A stretch of DNA of 63,300 nucleotides, counting the filler, from Octopus bimaculoides (lineage: Eukaryota), in NCBI RefSeq assembly GCF_001194135.2. It is 5 parts of 5 records of this genome, joined end to end, with 100 filler letters (N's around TTAATTAATTAA, not from the genome) between each part and the next. Parts side by side here need not be neighbours in the genome. Positions count along the whole stretch, not along the records: positions 1 to 25,594 come from NC_068986.1; 4 more parts are not named here. One strand, 5' to 3'. The notes beneath the pieces are model-generated. The model saw nothing but the letters and a program-made list of their open reading frames with translations. It was not told where the DNA came from and searched no databases. Both the position numbers and the translations under genes were made by a program. Of the stretch, positions 1 to 12,990 are shown in pieces. Every line of letters starts with the position of its first letter. Position 1 is the stretch's first letter.

Positions 1-185
1 CCTTATAATTTAACACACTCACCGGTAAAATTTCCACTTATTTCCTTTTTATTTTTCTAAAAGTATTGAAAAGGTTGCAAGATGCAACAAAAATTTTAGA
101 AAAGTAAAAAAGGAATAAGTGGAAATTTTACTGGTGAGTGTGTTAAATTATAAGGCACCAAAAGAGAATGTCTCTCCCCAGACAT
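1..185. mobile_element. Palindromic MITE-like element, truncated by the window start
   Basis: Bases 1-62 are the near-perfect reverse complement of 94-155. A second partial copy lies at about 59161-59295. Confidence 0.7.
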
Positions 186-199
186 AACTATATATATAT

Positions 200-960
200 A
201 CAATATACAATTCCAGGAGGTATTGAAATCCCTGAATCAAAATCAGTGCATGACTGGGGCACTGATATGAGCAATGATACATCTGTCCAAGTGCATATTA
301 CCAATTTGGTAATGAAATACAGACGGCTGGATGGATGGATCCTCTGAACTTTCAAAACAAGAGAAAAGGAGACATTGATGATCCTTTGGTGGACATAGGT
401 TCTCAGCCACTTAGACTATTGCTCCCAACTATGGTCACAACACAATAAAAAATCCACGTTGGAACTCGAAGCAATCCAACGAAGCTACATTATGAAAATT
501 GTCTTGATGAAATATGTCAGCTGCTGGGAAAGACTGAAAGAATTAAAACTCTTCTCCCTGGAATGAAGGCAAGAGAGATATGCAATGATATACATCTGGA
601 AAATCCTAGAAAGCCTTGTACCAAACTTTGGCATTGAAAGTTATTCAAACTGCAGAAAGGGGCGCCAATGTATAGTAACAAAAATCCCAGAATTGCCATT
701 AAAATACAGGACCAGATACTGCAACAGCTTGGGCTTCAAGGGCCCACAGGTCTTTAATATCCGTCCAAAATGCCAGAGAGACCCGCATAGTGAGGACGTA
801 AGTGTCTTTAAAACAAAACTGGATCTCTTCCTGTTACAGGTTCCAGACAAACCTACCTCATGGCTGGAGACACAGATGAGGGCAGCAGCAACAAACTCCC
901 TCATTGACCAAATGTCACATATTAGAGAAGGTTTCAAATAATGGTGTAGCTCAGTCAATG
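200..960 (+). mobile_element. CR1/L2-type LINE ORF2 3' remnant (RT C-terminus)
   Basis: Frameshifted translation reads ...HLDYCSQLWS...LEAIQRSY...WERLKELKLFSLE*RQERYAMIYIWKILESLVPNF...FKTKLDLFLLQVPDKP, typical of CR1-group ORF2 C-termini. Confidence 0.8.
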
Positions 961-1040
961 GTGGTTCTCCAGCATGGATACAGCTTTGCAGCTGAAACAT
1001 TTTAAGATATTCAAAATATAAAAAAAAAAAATATATATAT

Positions 1041-1450
1041 AGGCATAGGAGTGGCTTTGTGGTAAGTAGCTTGCTTACAAACCACATGGTTCCGGGTTCA
1101 GTCCCACTGCGTGTCACCTTGGGCAAGTGTTTACTATAGTAGCCTCAGGCTGACCAAAGCCTTGTGAGTGGATTTGGTAGACGGAAACTGAAAAGAAGCC
1201 CATTGTATATATGTATATATACACATATATATGTGTATGTATATGTTTGTGTGTCTGTGTTTGTCCCCCCAACATCGCTTGACAACCGATGCTGGTGTGT
1301 TTATGTACCCATAACTTAGCAGTTCGGCAAAAGAGAATGATAGAATAAGTGCTAGGCTTGCAAAGAATAAGTCCTGGGGTCAATTTCTTAGACTAAAACC
1401 CCTTAAGATGGTGCTCCAGCAGGGCTGCAATCAAATGACTGAAAAAGAAA
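1041..1450 (+). mobile_element. tRNA-head SINE (here 'family A'), near full-length copy
   Basis: Head GTGGCTTTGTGGTAAGTAGCTTGC...GGTTCAGTCCCACTG, internal (TA/TG)n, tail ...GGTGCTCCAGCA...ATGACTGAAA. Similar copies at about 2303-2670, 14590-14970, 17146-17520, 25220-25590(-), 28500-28860(-), 34672-35290, 36163-36310, 48270-48640(-) and 59325-59485(-). Confidence 0.85.
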
Positions 1451-3106
1451 AAGAATACATAAATATATTTATTAAAAATGGGGAAGGCCGATTTATAGGA
1501 TTACCTTAGGTTTTCAGTCAGTAAAGGGTTTAGCTTTATGGTGAATCGGCAGATCCCAAAAACATGTTGGCCCATGACCATGACCGACAGGTTTTTGGGA
1601 TCTAGCTATATGCCATAAAGATAAACACTTTATGAATGGGAAACCTAAAGTAATCTCATAAACCTTCCACATTTTAAAATATACTGCTCTACATCCTAGA
1701 GTGTGCAAAGAATAAGTCCAGGGGTCGATTCGCTCGACTAAAGGCAGTGCTCCAGCATGGCCACAGTCTAATGACTGAAACAAGTAAAAAAGTAAAGGAG
1801 AGAGTAAAGAGTATATACATATGTACATAATATATTTATATATATATAACATATATATATATATATATATATGGTATATAATATATATATATATAGATAT
1901 ATATATATATTTATATATATAGGTATAATATACATATAATAGATATATAACATATAATATATACATAATACATATAATATATATATATAAAATATATATN
2001 NNNNNNNNNNNNNNNNNNNNNNNNNNNNNNNNNNNNNNNNNNNNNNNNNNNNNNNNNNNNNNNNNNNNNNNNNNNNNNNNNNNNNNNNNNNNNNNNNNNC
2101 ACATAAATTAATGAATGACATTAGCTTATAACAGTTTCTACTATAAGAAGTATTGCAGTTAGAACTGAGAGCTTGTATAATGTAGTTTTTTCAGAGACAA
2201 TGCCTGTACACATGTAAATATATGTGTCTAGGTGTATGTCTGGTGTGACTCTCTCAGTCCTGTGTGTGTGTGTGTGTGTATGTGTGTGTGTGTATGTGTG
2301 CAGGCGTGGCTGCATGGTAAGAAGCTTGCTTCCTAACCACATGGTTCTGGGTTCATTCCTACTATAACCTTGGGCTTTGTGAGTGGATCTGGTAGATGGA
2401 AACTGAAAGAAGCCCGTCGTACACACACGCACACACTCACACACAAACACACACACACATATGTACATATGTTTGTGTGTCTGTGTTTGTCCCCACACCA
2501 TTGCTTGACAACTGATGTTGGTGTATTTATGTCTCTGTAACTTAGCGGTTTGGCAAAAGAGACCAATAGAATAAGTACTAGGTTTACAAAGAATAAGTCC
2601 TGGGGTTGATTTGTTTGATTAAAGGTGGTGCTCCAGTATGGCTACAATGAAATGACTGAAACCAATAAAAGAATAAAAGAATATATATATATATATATAT
2701 ATATANNNNNNNNNNNNNNNNNNNNNNNNNNNNNNNNNNNNNNNNNNNNNNNNNNNNNNNNNNNNNNNNNNNNNNNNNNNNNNNNNNNNNNNNNNNNNNN
2801 NNNNNNNNNNNNNNNNNNNNNNNNNNNNNNNNNNNNNNNNNNNNNNNNNNNNNNNNNNNNNNNNNNNNNNNNNNNNNNNNNNNNNNNNNNNNNNNNNNNN
2901 NNNNNNNNNNNNNNNNNNNNNNNNNNNNNNNNNNNNNNNNNNNNNNNNNNNNNNNNNNNNNNNNNNNNNNNNNNNNNNNNNNNNNNNNNNNNNNNNNNNN
3001 NNNNNNNNNNNNNNNNNNNNNNNNNNNNNNNNNNNNNNNNNNNNNNNNNNNNNNNNNNNNNNNNNNNNNAAATTCTCTTCCTCCCTTTTCTTACTACATA
3101 TACAAG

Positions 3107-3208
3107 GAAAGAATCAAGGAAATAACTCCATATATAGAACAACCATACAGTGCTCAGAATATGAGCTATATGAATGATATAGGCATTGATAGAAGACACA
3201 AAATTCAG
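3107..3208 (+). CDS. Candidate internal exon of an unidentified plus-strand gene (ERIKEITPYIEQPYSAQNMSYMNDIGIDRRHKIQ)
   Basis: Pyrimidine tract then tacaag acceptor, 102-nt open frame (phase 0-0), CAG|gtaact donor. No homology recognised. Confidence 0.4.
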
Positions 3209-3679
3209 GTAACTGATAAGCAGTTTTCCTTTATACCATTGGAGTGCTTAAGGCAAATCTCATAAAGCCATAAAAAACATATATGCATGTACAAAATTAC
3301 ATAAAAATACACAAATGCATAAAAATATACATATTAACACATACGAATATATAAAAATGTACATGAGAATATAATGAAAATATAACTGGTGTGCAAGTGC
3401 CTGAACTCGGTACATCTGTATTAGAAACAAGAAGGAAGGAAGTTATAGATACATGGACAATGTGTTACAATATACATAATTAATTAAAAGATATTAAAAA
3501 TATTCTATAGCAGAGTTAAAATCTAATACTCATCCTACTATCGTTTTGGGAAAATGTTACTGGGGGTGGATAAAGTATTCCTGTCCATCTCCCATATAAA
3601 CAGTTTCTTCATAAGGGAACACCTAATAGGCTTATAATCATCCTCATTTGGAATAGAGAAAATAGAAAAAATATACTTT

Positions 3680-3890
3680 TCTATTCGAGGCACAAGGCCT
3701 GAAATTTTGGGGGAGGGGACCAGTCGATTAGATCGACCCCAGTATGCAACTGGCACTTGATTTACTGACCCCAAAAGGATGAAAGGCAAAGCCAACCTTG
3801 GCGGAATTTGAACTCAGAATATAAAGACAGATGAAATAACTCTAAGCATTTTGCTTGGCGTGCTAATGTTTGTGCCAGCTCACCACCTTA
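3680..3890 (-). mobile_element. Short SINE-like repeat (here 'family B')
   Basis: Core TTCTGAGTTCAAATTCCGCC...CTTTCATCCTTT.GGG..GATAAAT.AAGTACCAGT. Further copies at about 11190-11400, 12170-12600, 34824-35053, 37240-38260, 46830-47010, 48950-49100, 50115-50570, 58680-58860 and 62090-62300. Confidence 0.8.
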
Positions 3891-4710
3891 AATAGAAAAA
3901 ATATAGCGCTTTGAATGGACAAGGCAGCAACTAACTATAATAAATAAATATGAACTACAAGGAAGGTTGTATGGAGTTAATGCATTTAAGACGAATTCAT
4001 TATATGTTTGGATTGAATCTGTTAGTTTAAAATTTACATACAAGTTAGCTATTATTAATAATTTAGATTGGAAAACATTTAAAAGTTGAAAGGAATTTGT
4101 GCTAGAAAATAATAGTGCTTCAGAGATCTTATTTAGTAGGAGTTTCCTGTTAGTGTGAAAGATATTAATAGACTCTTTTGTGCACAACTTACAGATTTTT
4201 GTATTCGTGTTATATGAGGTAGTTTCAGTTATTATTGTCCAATCTAATTTATATTCAATATTTTGTTGTTTCAATTGGTTTACATATATAGACAGTTGAA
4301 TTCACAGTTTTGGGATTTATAAAAGAATTTACATGTTCCTGATATCCCGTCTTAAAATCAACTGTACTTTCAATATAAATTTTCTTAGATTCACTGGAGG
4401 TGGTAATCTCACATATACATCTTTTAAGGAGCAGCCTTCAGGGGAATTACAGTTACAAATTTTATTTATAGGTTTTGATTTATTGTTTCTATTTTCTATT
4501 ACCATCTTAGTATTAAGATCCTCTAAACTAGGTTCAGTAGATTCTGTTTCCCATGGATTATTTTTAAGCTTATGTTTGTTATTAGTCGCAATAATAGAAC
4601 ACAAATTTGGTGTAGTTGAATATGATAATTTTAAAGTGTTAAAAATAGGGTGATATTTATGGTCCTTAGGAAAGTCTTTTTCAATAATCTTTAAAAAAAT
4701 TGTGGGAAGG

Positions 4711-4715
<5 letters not shown>
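3880..4715 (-). mobile_element. Penelope-like element (Naiad-like), GIY-YIG endonuclease region, degenerate
   Basis: FLKIIEKDFPKDHKYHPIFNTLKLSYSTTPNL...CNCNSPEGCSL...YKLDWTIITETTSYNTNTKICKLCTKE matches the PLE linker and GIY-YIG C-terminus; several frameshifts. Confidence 0.75.
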
Positions 4716-4761
<46 letters not shown>

Positions 4762-5899
4762 AGTAAACATAACTAGATATATATATATAGAGAGAGAGAA
4801 ACAAAAACTGAAAATATTCTGAAGATGAAGATACATGTCTAAGCAAATAGATATTCATTTANNNNNNNNNNNNNNNNNNNNNNNNNNNNNNNNNNNNNNN
4901 NNNNNNNNNNNNNNNNNNNNNNNNNNNNNNNNNNNNNNNNNNNNNNNNNNNNNNNNNNNNNNNNNNNNNNNNNNNNNNNNNNNNNNNNNNNNNNNNNNNN
5001 NNNNNNNNNNNNNNNNNNNNNNNNNNNNNNNNNNNNNNNNNNNNNNNNNNNNNNNNNNNNNNNNNNNNNNNNNNNNNNNNNNNNNNNNNNNNNNNNNNNN
5101 NNNNNNNNNNNNNNNNNNNNNNNNNNNNNNNNNNNNNNNNNNNNNNNNNNNNNNNNNNNNNNNNNNNNNNNNNNNNNNNNNNNNNNNNNNNNNNNNNNNN
5201 NNNNNNNNNNNNNNNNNNNNNNNNNNNNNNNNNNNCAAATAAAAGTAGGTGGAAAGAGGATGTAGACAGTTCAGAGTAGGGAAGGGAAGTGTTGAAACAG
5301 AGGAAGAAAAAGAAGAGTAGGAGAGCAGAGCAGGGAGGAGAGGATAAGTGACCAGGGGATTCAGAAAAGTAAAAGTAGAAGTGTTGAATCAGGAAGGGAT
5401 GGGGTGACAGTATTGTGAAGAGTGATCTTGTTGCTGGGTGTGTTGACAACATATGTTATTTACCAGAGATGGTAGAGGCTATAAAACTGAGAAAGGGAAG
5501 TAGATGCGATGAGAGAAGGGAGGGGTGGCTATTGAAATAAAGGGAAGAGATCTAGTTATAGATGCCGGCAGGGAGGCAATGGGGGAAATTTGAAGAAGTG
5601 GGTTGGCAGCAGAGGAAGAATACTGAAGTAGGTAGAAAGGTGTGAGAGTAAATAGAGAGAGATGGACAGAGAGGCAGAAAGGGAAGGAAGGTTGGTAACA
5701 ATGGCAAGGCCTAGTAGTGCTAAATGGTTCTGATTGAGGATGAAGTTAGGAGAAGCTTTGAGAAGGAATTTGAAGGATGAGGGTGGGGTGAGGGCATAGG
5801 AGGATGTGCTAAGTTTAATTTGTGGTTGAATTGTAATTAGGGGGATTATATAGATGTTATGTGATGGGCAAATGATGAATTAAATTTGTGCTTACATGA

Positions 5900-7090
5900 A
5901 AGGATTACATCTTAGGATCTACTAAGTAATGAGGGGTTGTAGTGGCAGAGAATGAGTGATTCCCTTAAACACAATTTACAAACTGTGAGATTAGCATTGT
6001 ATGGGGGAATCTCATGGATAATAGACCAGGATAGGGTGTAAGGAATATTTTGGGACCTGAGGTTTGTATGTAAGTTGCTAGAGAGGTAGATAGTTTAGAG
6101 GTTTGATTGGTAAACTAATTCATGTGTGCATGGTAGAGGCACTTGAAGTCAACTGTACTGTTAATGTAGACCCTTGCCTGGTTGGACTGTGGTGTTATTA
6201 CCCAGCATTTATAGACTATTTTATTGTGTAGAAAGAAACCTCCAAGTGGACAGAGTTGGGATATCTGGTAATTGGTGTTGGGATGGAGGTGGGAGTGTCA
6301 CTGCTGTTATATGGGATATGCTGGTAGTAGTATGAGAAGTAGCACTAGGGTTGGTATTATTGAATTGGGTAGAGTTTCTAAGGATTGTATTATTGCTACA
6401 AAGTGAGTTGGGGTGGGATTCAGGGAGTGTCAAGCAGTGAAATTTGCATCTGTTAGAAGAGGTAATTATGAATCTTAAATTTAGCATGATGGAGTAGGAG
6501 ATTTGTTAAAGATAGAATAATATATATGTTGTGGTGGGAAATTGGAGTTTAAAATTTTAAAGAAAAGTTTAGGTAGGGATTTAACTTGAAAGGAGAAAGA
6601 TGGTATGAACCATAATATCTCCTGCTTCCTGCCTTAGATCATGGGCTTAGATCATGGAGGTATAATGGGGGGGGGGATTTATATGAGGAGGCTTGAAGTC
6701 ATTATAACTTTAAGGTGGTTAGAGGGGCAGGTGAATATGGTGCATGGGGTGTTTAGTTGTAGACTGATGGAGTGTGGATGTAGGTCTGGTGGGGTCAGAA
6801 TTCATATAAGGAAAGAACAATGTGAGTTTAGCTTTAAGCTTAGTGTTGGGATATAGGAGACCTTTTTGTAGAAGCCACTGATCTGGAGAGCATGATTATA
6901 ATACAGGGCATGATTTGTTAAAGATGTCTTCATTTGCTGTTAAGTTAGAAGGCCTAATAGAGATAATGGTGATGATGCTCTTAAGGGTAAGTGCAGGGTG
7001 ATTGAATAGGACGCCAATATATTGTAGTGATTCACTGGGTTTATGGAAAGTGTAATATAGGTTTGCATCTAAGTAGAGAGTGAAATCTTA
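5900..7090 (-). mobile_element. Penelope-like element (Naiad-like), RT thumb to GIY-YIG, highly degenerate
   Basis: Minus-strand translation fragments HKPSESLQY..FNHPALTLKSI..NLTANEDIFNK; RKQEILWFIPSFS; CPLGG..IVYKC..VYINSTVDFK.LYHAH..LSWSIIHEIPPYNANLTVCKLCLRE. Confidence 0.7.
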
Positions 7091-8010
7091 GAAATTAGCT
7101 ACTTCTGTGTTACTTTGTTTCTCTCTATTTACAGCCTTATATATGTTTACATGTATATATGTATATATATTTTATATGTCAAGCCCAAGTGTATTTATTT
7201 ACATCATTATCTCCATATCAGCTCACCTGGATTCCTCTTATAGCCACTCTTTACCCTTAGTTCTCTATAAAGATTTGGAGAGTAAGTTCAAATCATTTGA
7301 GCACTATGGCATGTTTTCTATATTGAGCATCTCTGGATCTCACCTGTTGACTCATGTATATATAAAATTATATCTATGTCTGTGTGCATATAAATAAATC
7401 ATTTCTTGGGGTAAAAAGTACATATAGTTGGGATTGTCTTTTGCATTTATCTTTTAGTTTTCCTGTCTCTGTACTGGTATATTTGCCTGAGTTGATCTTG
7501 TTGAATGTATGTGCAGTTGTCTAATTTATATATTTGTGCTAATGTGTGCATCTATGAATGTGTATTGATGTATATATATTTGTATGTATAGCTGTATGAA
7601 TAGGCATGGATATGTGTGTCCATTATATGAGTGCATGAATAAAAATGTATATCTACATCTGTATATCTCTGGATGTGGTTTTTCACCCTCAAACTCTATT
7701 ATATTATTCTACATATAACTAACTCTATTTAAATGCTTTCTACAATAAACATGCACCTCATTTAAAGTCTCTGAGAAAGCTATAAGATGTCACATAATCA
7801 CTCAGCTCTGAGTGCAATGTTTCTTATAGCAGAAACAGCTATAAGCTAATGAAATCTTAAATATGGAGTTAAAGTGGAGGAAGTAAATCAGTTTTAAGTA
7901 AGCCAGAAGTTAAGAAGTATATTTGTGCATTACATAAGTATATTATAGTATTGGTGAATAAAGTGGAAAGAAATTTTGTTGTTGCAAAAAGTATTATTTA
8001 ATTGTATTAG

Positions 8011-8141
8011 ATTATGAGTTGGGATTAAGCTTTAAAGGTAATAATTCATATATGGTTGTATCTGATAATGCTAACAACATAAGAAAATTAATATCTGATA
8101 TGGAAAAGTTGAGTGGTTCTAGGATGGAAGAGATAAATAAG
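8011..8141 (+). CDS. Weak candidate exon (DYELGLSFKGNNSYMVVSDNANNIRKLISDMEKLSGSRMEEINK)
   Basis: ttgtattag acceptor, open frame, AAG|gttacc donor, phase 1-0. Phase-compatible with 9964-10051. Confidence 0.25.
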
Positions 8142-8339
8142 GTTACCCCAAAGTTCTTTGGGGTTCCAAAATTACACTGTTGTGTGCTAGTTATGATTAT
8201 CATCCCTTTTTCTCAGACATTCTGTATCTCAAACTACATTATTCAATGTATCTTAATCTTTCTCCTTCTGTTATTGAGGTAGAATAGGATTTCAAGGAAT
8301 TTTAGATCTTAAATATAACAAGTCAGGTGAGTAGGTAGA

Positions 8340-8770
8340 GGTTCCTGTTTATTATAGCTGTTATATTTTTGGGAACAACATCGAGCCAAATGAAATCATA
8401 GTCATGGCTGATGCCAGTGTCACATGACTTGATGTGCTGGTGGCATGTAGAAAGCACCGTTCGAACTTTGGGCCTCACAGAGGAAGTGGCAAGTGACCAA
8501 GACCTTTGGCAATACACCATACTTGAGAAGACCTGTCATGCCAAGTGAGATTGTAGTCATAGTCAATGCTGGTGTTTTGTGACTAGCACCTGTGCTGGTG
8601 ACATGTGAAAAGCACTTGCAGCACCTGGTTGACATTAGGAAGGGCATCCAATTTTAGAAACCATGCCAAATCAGATTGGAACCTGGTGTAGCTCTCTTGC
8701 TTACCAGTTTTCAGTCAAACCGTCCAACCTATGCCAGCATGGAGAACAGACGTTAAATGATGATGATGAT
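8340..8770 (-). mobile_element. RTE-LINE-related non-autonomous repeat with (CAT)n end (here 'family C')
   Basis: CATCATCATTTAACGTC..TCCATGCT.GCAT.GGTTGGACGG...TCTGATTTGGCA..GTTTCTA..GCTGGATGCCCTTCCTAA. Other copies at about 27460-27745(-), 31078-31245(+), 39820-40280(-) and 62320-62376(+). Confidence 0.75.
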
Positions 8771-9324
8771 TGAATAAAGTACCTTGTCGTATTTGTTCTA
8801 CTTTTTTACATCCTGCAATGGTCAACTTCATTTGTTTAACTTTCCAGCACCAGTACACATCAAGTATTAAGGTCAATTTAATAAACTACAAATCAGGAGC
8901 TAGAGTTCCTAAACTAGTCTGATGGTATCTTCAGCTTCATTTTGGGAATCCCTGCAGTAACACTTGTACCAAGTTACATCAGTCTTTATAGTTTCGTTGG
9001 AACCATTAGTGGTGAGGAGAGGGTAGGCCTGTTACATAGGCAATAACTGGTCTTTCCATACGACCTTGTTCAGACCTACATTCTAGAGAATATACTCCTG
9101 CATTGTCAAATGGTATGCTACCAATTCAGACTGGGCCAGACTTTCCATGTGCAAAGCCATGGTCTTATAAGACATATCAAAGAAGAAGATAAAGGTGGAA
9201 GAAGGGTAAGAAGGAGGAGAGGGAGAAGAAGAACTGGAGAAAGAAGAGAAAATGAAGGGGAAGAAGAAATATCTCCATTAATTGTTTATTAGAGTTCTTG
9301 TTATGTTTTTTGCTAATGTATACT

Positions 9325-9427
9325 TTAACAGATATATCAGTCATTGAACATGTTCTATTATATATGACCCTTGATGACAGTGTCAGAACAGTTCTCACAA
9401 CTTCCTGACTGTTTATGTCTTCATGTC
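9325..9427 (-). CDS. Weak candidate exon of the minus-strand gene (HEDINSQEVVRTVLTLSSRVIYNRTCSMTDISVK)
   Basis: Strong acceptor ttttttctatttgtattttag, one open frame, AAA|gtatac donor. Its phase does not directly join the EGF exon. Confidence 0.25.
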
Positions 9428-9501
9428 TAAAATACAAATAGAAAAAAATGATGTTGCATTATTATTTTTTGAAAGTTAATAATGCATCATCATCATCATC
9501 A

Positions 9502-9583
<82 letters not shown>

Positions 9584-9963
9584 NNNNNNNNNNTTTTTTT
9601 TTTTTTTTTTAATGTTTATGGCAGACACCACTTCTCAGCTGGAACATTCAGTTGTTTGCACATTTTACAGGAACTATGTCCTGTCTAAATTGTTATTCTG
9701 ACTTTCCTGAAGTTAGCAATGGTTCCAGTATATAGTCAATTACTATTTTGTTCTTTTTTAGTATTAGCATTGTATTTCTCTGTTGCCATTAAAACGAGTC
9801 AAATCCTGGAATTGATTGAGTCAATTATGCTGCTCCTTGTATGATTCTATGACTTTCTACTTTCTGCCAATGTAAGCACTCATTATAGTGATATGGTACA
9901 GTGAATTAAATGTTCTCAGTATATTTTTATTCCATTCTTTTACATTCATGGTTTAAATCCAAG

Positions 9964-10051
9964 ACAGCGCCAGCTTTGAAAAATAAATGTAAGGTATATA
10001 GTAAATTCGATAAATTCTCTCCTGATGACCCCATACACTTGCTGGCATCTG
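9964..10051 (+). CDS. Weak candidate exon (TAPALKNKCKVYSKFDKFSPDDPIHLLAS)
   Basis: Upstream pyrimidine tract, ccaag acceptor, TCTG|gtatgc donor, phase 0-1. Joins in frame to 14219-14505 (..LLAS-EIVVKYPENR..). Confidence 0.25.
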
Positions 10052-11403
10052 GTATGCGAAGTTCTCAACTGCTAGCACTTGCATGTGCGAGTTGTTTGCA
10101 AGACATCTAAAAGTCTGATCCTTACATCATTATTGACCTTAATTTTTAAAGAAACGAAGGGTAATAAAATGTCAGAATCAGAGCATCAGATAATAAATCT
10201 TGTGGTACATGTTCTGGTACCTTACTTTGTGAGTTCAAACCCAGCTGAGTTAAATTTTTCCTTTTAAGTTTCCAGGATTAATGAAGTAAAGTACTAGTGA
10301 AGTTCTGGGGTCAATATAATTAGCTGCACCTTTTCTTCAAACTTGAGTCCTTGTGTTTATGTAAAAAAAATAATTAACGAAATTATCAAAATAAAATCCT
10401 CATCAGTAGTCATCATTATCATCATCATTCAATGTGGTTGAACAAATAATCCCAACCAGTTAGAAGTCACAGTAAGGGTTGCACTGTTCATCCTTTTGAT
10501 CACTGAGTACAAACATGGCTCATAAAACGTCTGTTCAGGTGATTTTCCCGAGTCACCATTTCACCCTTGTATGTCTATGTATCACAAAATTACTCATTTA
10601 CAGCTGAGTGAACTGGAACAACATGAAATGAAATGTTTTGCTCAAGAATACAGTGCACAACTAGCCTATAATTGATCTCGTGATCATGAGTACAACACTG
10701 TAAACATTCTCAAGTCCGTTTTTGGTAAATCCTTCTGCATTAGCAGCATACTGTAGCAGGTCCTGTTTGCTATTTACCAAATATTCTGCCATATTTCTTC
10801 TTTCACTGTTGAGCAGCACATACCATCAAAGTGACACTGGGGTTCAAATATATGCAACCTTATATACCCATAATACCTACTCATTTGATAAGGGTACAGC
10901 AGGCACATGTATTACAACCATATGTGCACAATATCAAGATAAACAGCACATGACCATGCAGGTGGGGCCCAGTTAGAATTTTCTTCAGGTGGAGTAGCCC
11001 ATCTTGCTCAAAAGGTCCTTGAATGAGGGTTGTTTAAAGATGATGAATGAAACACCCATGTTCCTAGAGGTAAATTATTCAAACCCCAAAGAATTCCTCT
11101 GAACATATGGCTATGATGCTCCCCCACTACTTCTGCTCATGATCAGAGATGCACATATTGTCAGCCACTAATGATAACACTTCCAATCAGTTTCAATTAC
11201 ATCGACCCCAGTGCTCACTGGTACTTAGTTTATCGACCCAATAAGGATGAAAGGTAGAGGTCAACTTTGCCTTTCATCCTTTCGGGGTCGATAAATTAAG
11301 TACCAGTGGAACACTGAGGTTGATATAATTGACTAGACTCCTCCCCTAAAATTTCAGGTTTTATGCCTATAGTAGAAAGGATTATTATTATCATTATTAT
11401 TAA

Positions 11404-11437
<34 letters not shown>

Positions 11438-11653
11438 ATTATTATTATTATTATTATGTTGTTTTTTTTCTTCTTTCTTCAAATTTTTTCCCTTTCTTGC
11501 CGAGTGTTTCCCGTACACCTAGGGCAGAGAAACTCATTGTATGCATTCCCAGTTTACACACGCAAATTCACAGGCAAAATATGTATTTAAAAAAAGAAAT
11601 GAATAAATAAAAAAAATTCATGAATGGATGTTGTTTTCACAGTGATAATGCTC

Positions 11654-11688
<35 letters not shown>

Positions 11689-12080
11689 TATTCAACATTT
11701 GGTAGTTTCAGATAAATTTCTACTGCATCACCTGCTACACCAGGGTGTGCACAGCATTGTGTGTTCTTTTTGTAGTTGGGGAAGTGCAAACTCTTTCCGG
11801 TAATGCATTGTGTCAGTTTGTTTTGTTATGGGGTCTGGTTGCAGTCTTTTGTTGTATTAGTATTTGTGTTGTGTGTGTAATGTGAGTTGTGTTCTTTTGT
11901 TGGGTAACTGACCTGCTGGTTGTTGTTTATTTTATTGGATATTTGCTATATAAAATATGTCTTATGTTTGTAGATTGTTTTGTTTGGGTTGTATTATTGA
12001 ATTGATAGTGTCTTGTGTAGGACATGGGCTGTTCTTAGCAGGGTTTTTTTGGATAGTGTGTAGTGTTGTTGTTGTTGTTG

Positions 12081-12141
<61 letters not shown>

Positions 12142-12870
12142 CACCCTCATCAGCATTTTTAACACTGCTATTAAGATGGAGAACTTGCAAAATCTTCAAA
12201 GCGTTGGACAAAATGTTTTGCAACATTTCTTCCAGCTCTTTACATCCTGAGCTCAAATTCCACCATGATTAGCTTTGCCATTCATCCTTCAGGGGTCAAT
12301 AAAAAAAATCTCAGTTCAGCACTGGAATCAATGTAATCAACTAACCCTTTCCCTTAAAGTTGCTGGCCTTGTGCTGTTATCATTATTAGGTGGCAAGCTG
12401 GCAGAATCATAAAAGTAGTGGGTAAAAAAACTGCTTTATTGTAATTTGTCCCTGCTCTTTACATTCCAAATTCAGATCCTACCAAGGTCAGCTTTTGGGG
12501 GTTAATAAAATAAAGTACCAATGAAGAACATGAGTTGATATAACTGACTTGCTCCAATTCCCTCAAAATTGCTGGCCTTGTTCTAAAATTAGAAGGAATT
12601 GTTATTATAAGTAGCAGTAATAAAAAAAATCAGTCCAATCATTATAGACTATATGTCTGTTATTAACATATAAGGTAATATTATTAAAAAAAGCAATTTT
12701 GAAGAAAAGCAATCTAATGTCAAGACAAAGATCATTAAAAAGTTGTAAAATTTTAACAAAAAAAGAGATAAATGTTTAGAGAAAGGAATTCACCCCCCAT
12801 CCCCATCAAAAAAGCGAAAATCTTAAAAGGTTATAAGGCCACCTATAATTGAATGATGGGGGTCACCTAC

Positions 12871-12990
12871 CAATACAATGTTTAGTAGTAGCAAGTCTAT
12901 AACCGGTTTTGCAGGAACATTGATAGCTTCCTTCTATATTGGTACAGATATGTTGACAGTTACCATTTCTTGAAGAACATTCATTAATGT
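12871..12990 (-). CDS. Calcium-binding EGF-like domain exon ([40 protein letters not shown])
   Basis: Six Cys in cbEGF spacing with the D-I-N-E-C and C-x-N-x-x-G-S-Y-x-C consensus. 120 nt, phase 1-1, ctcttacag acceptor, TTG|gtaggt donor. Missed by the ORF track. Confidence 0.92.

Noticed and set aside
8850-9180. Ig/FN3-like minus-strand reading (NAGVYSLECRSEQG..VTGLPSP) and a 39-nt plus-strand exon candidate at 9075-9113
   Set aside because: The frame is closed by stops without usable splice sites. The plus strand loosely resembles a decayed Penelope RT (LVPSYI..YILENIL), so both readings are probably coincidental.
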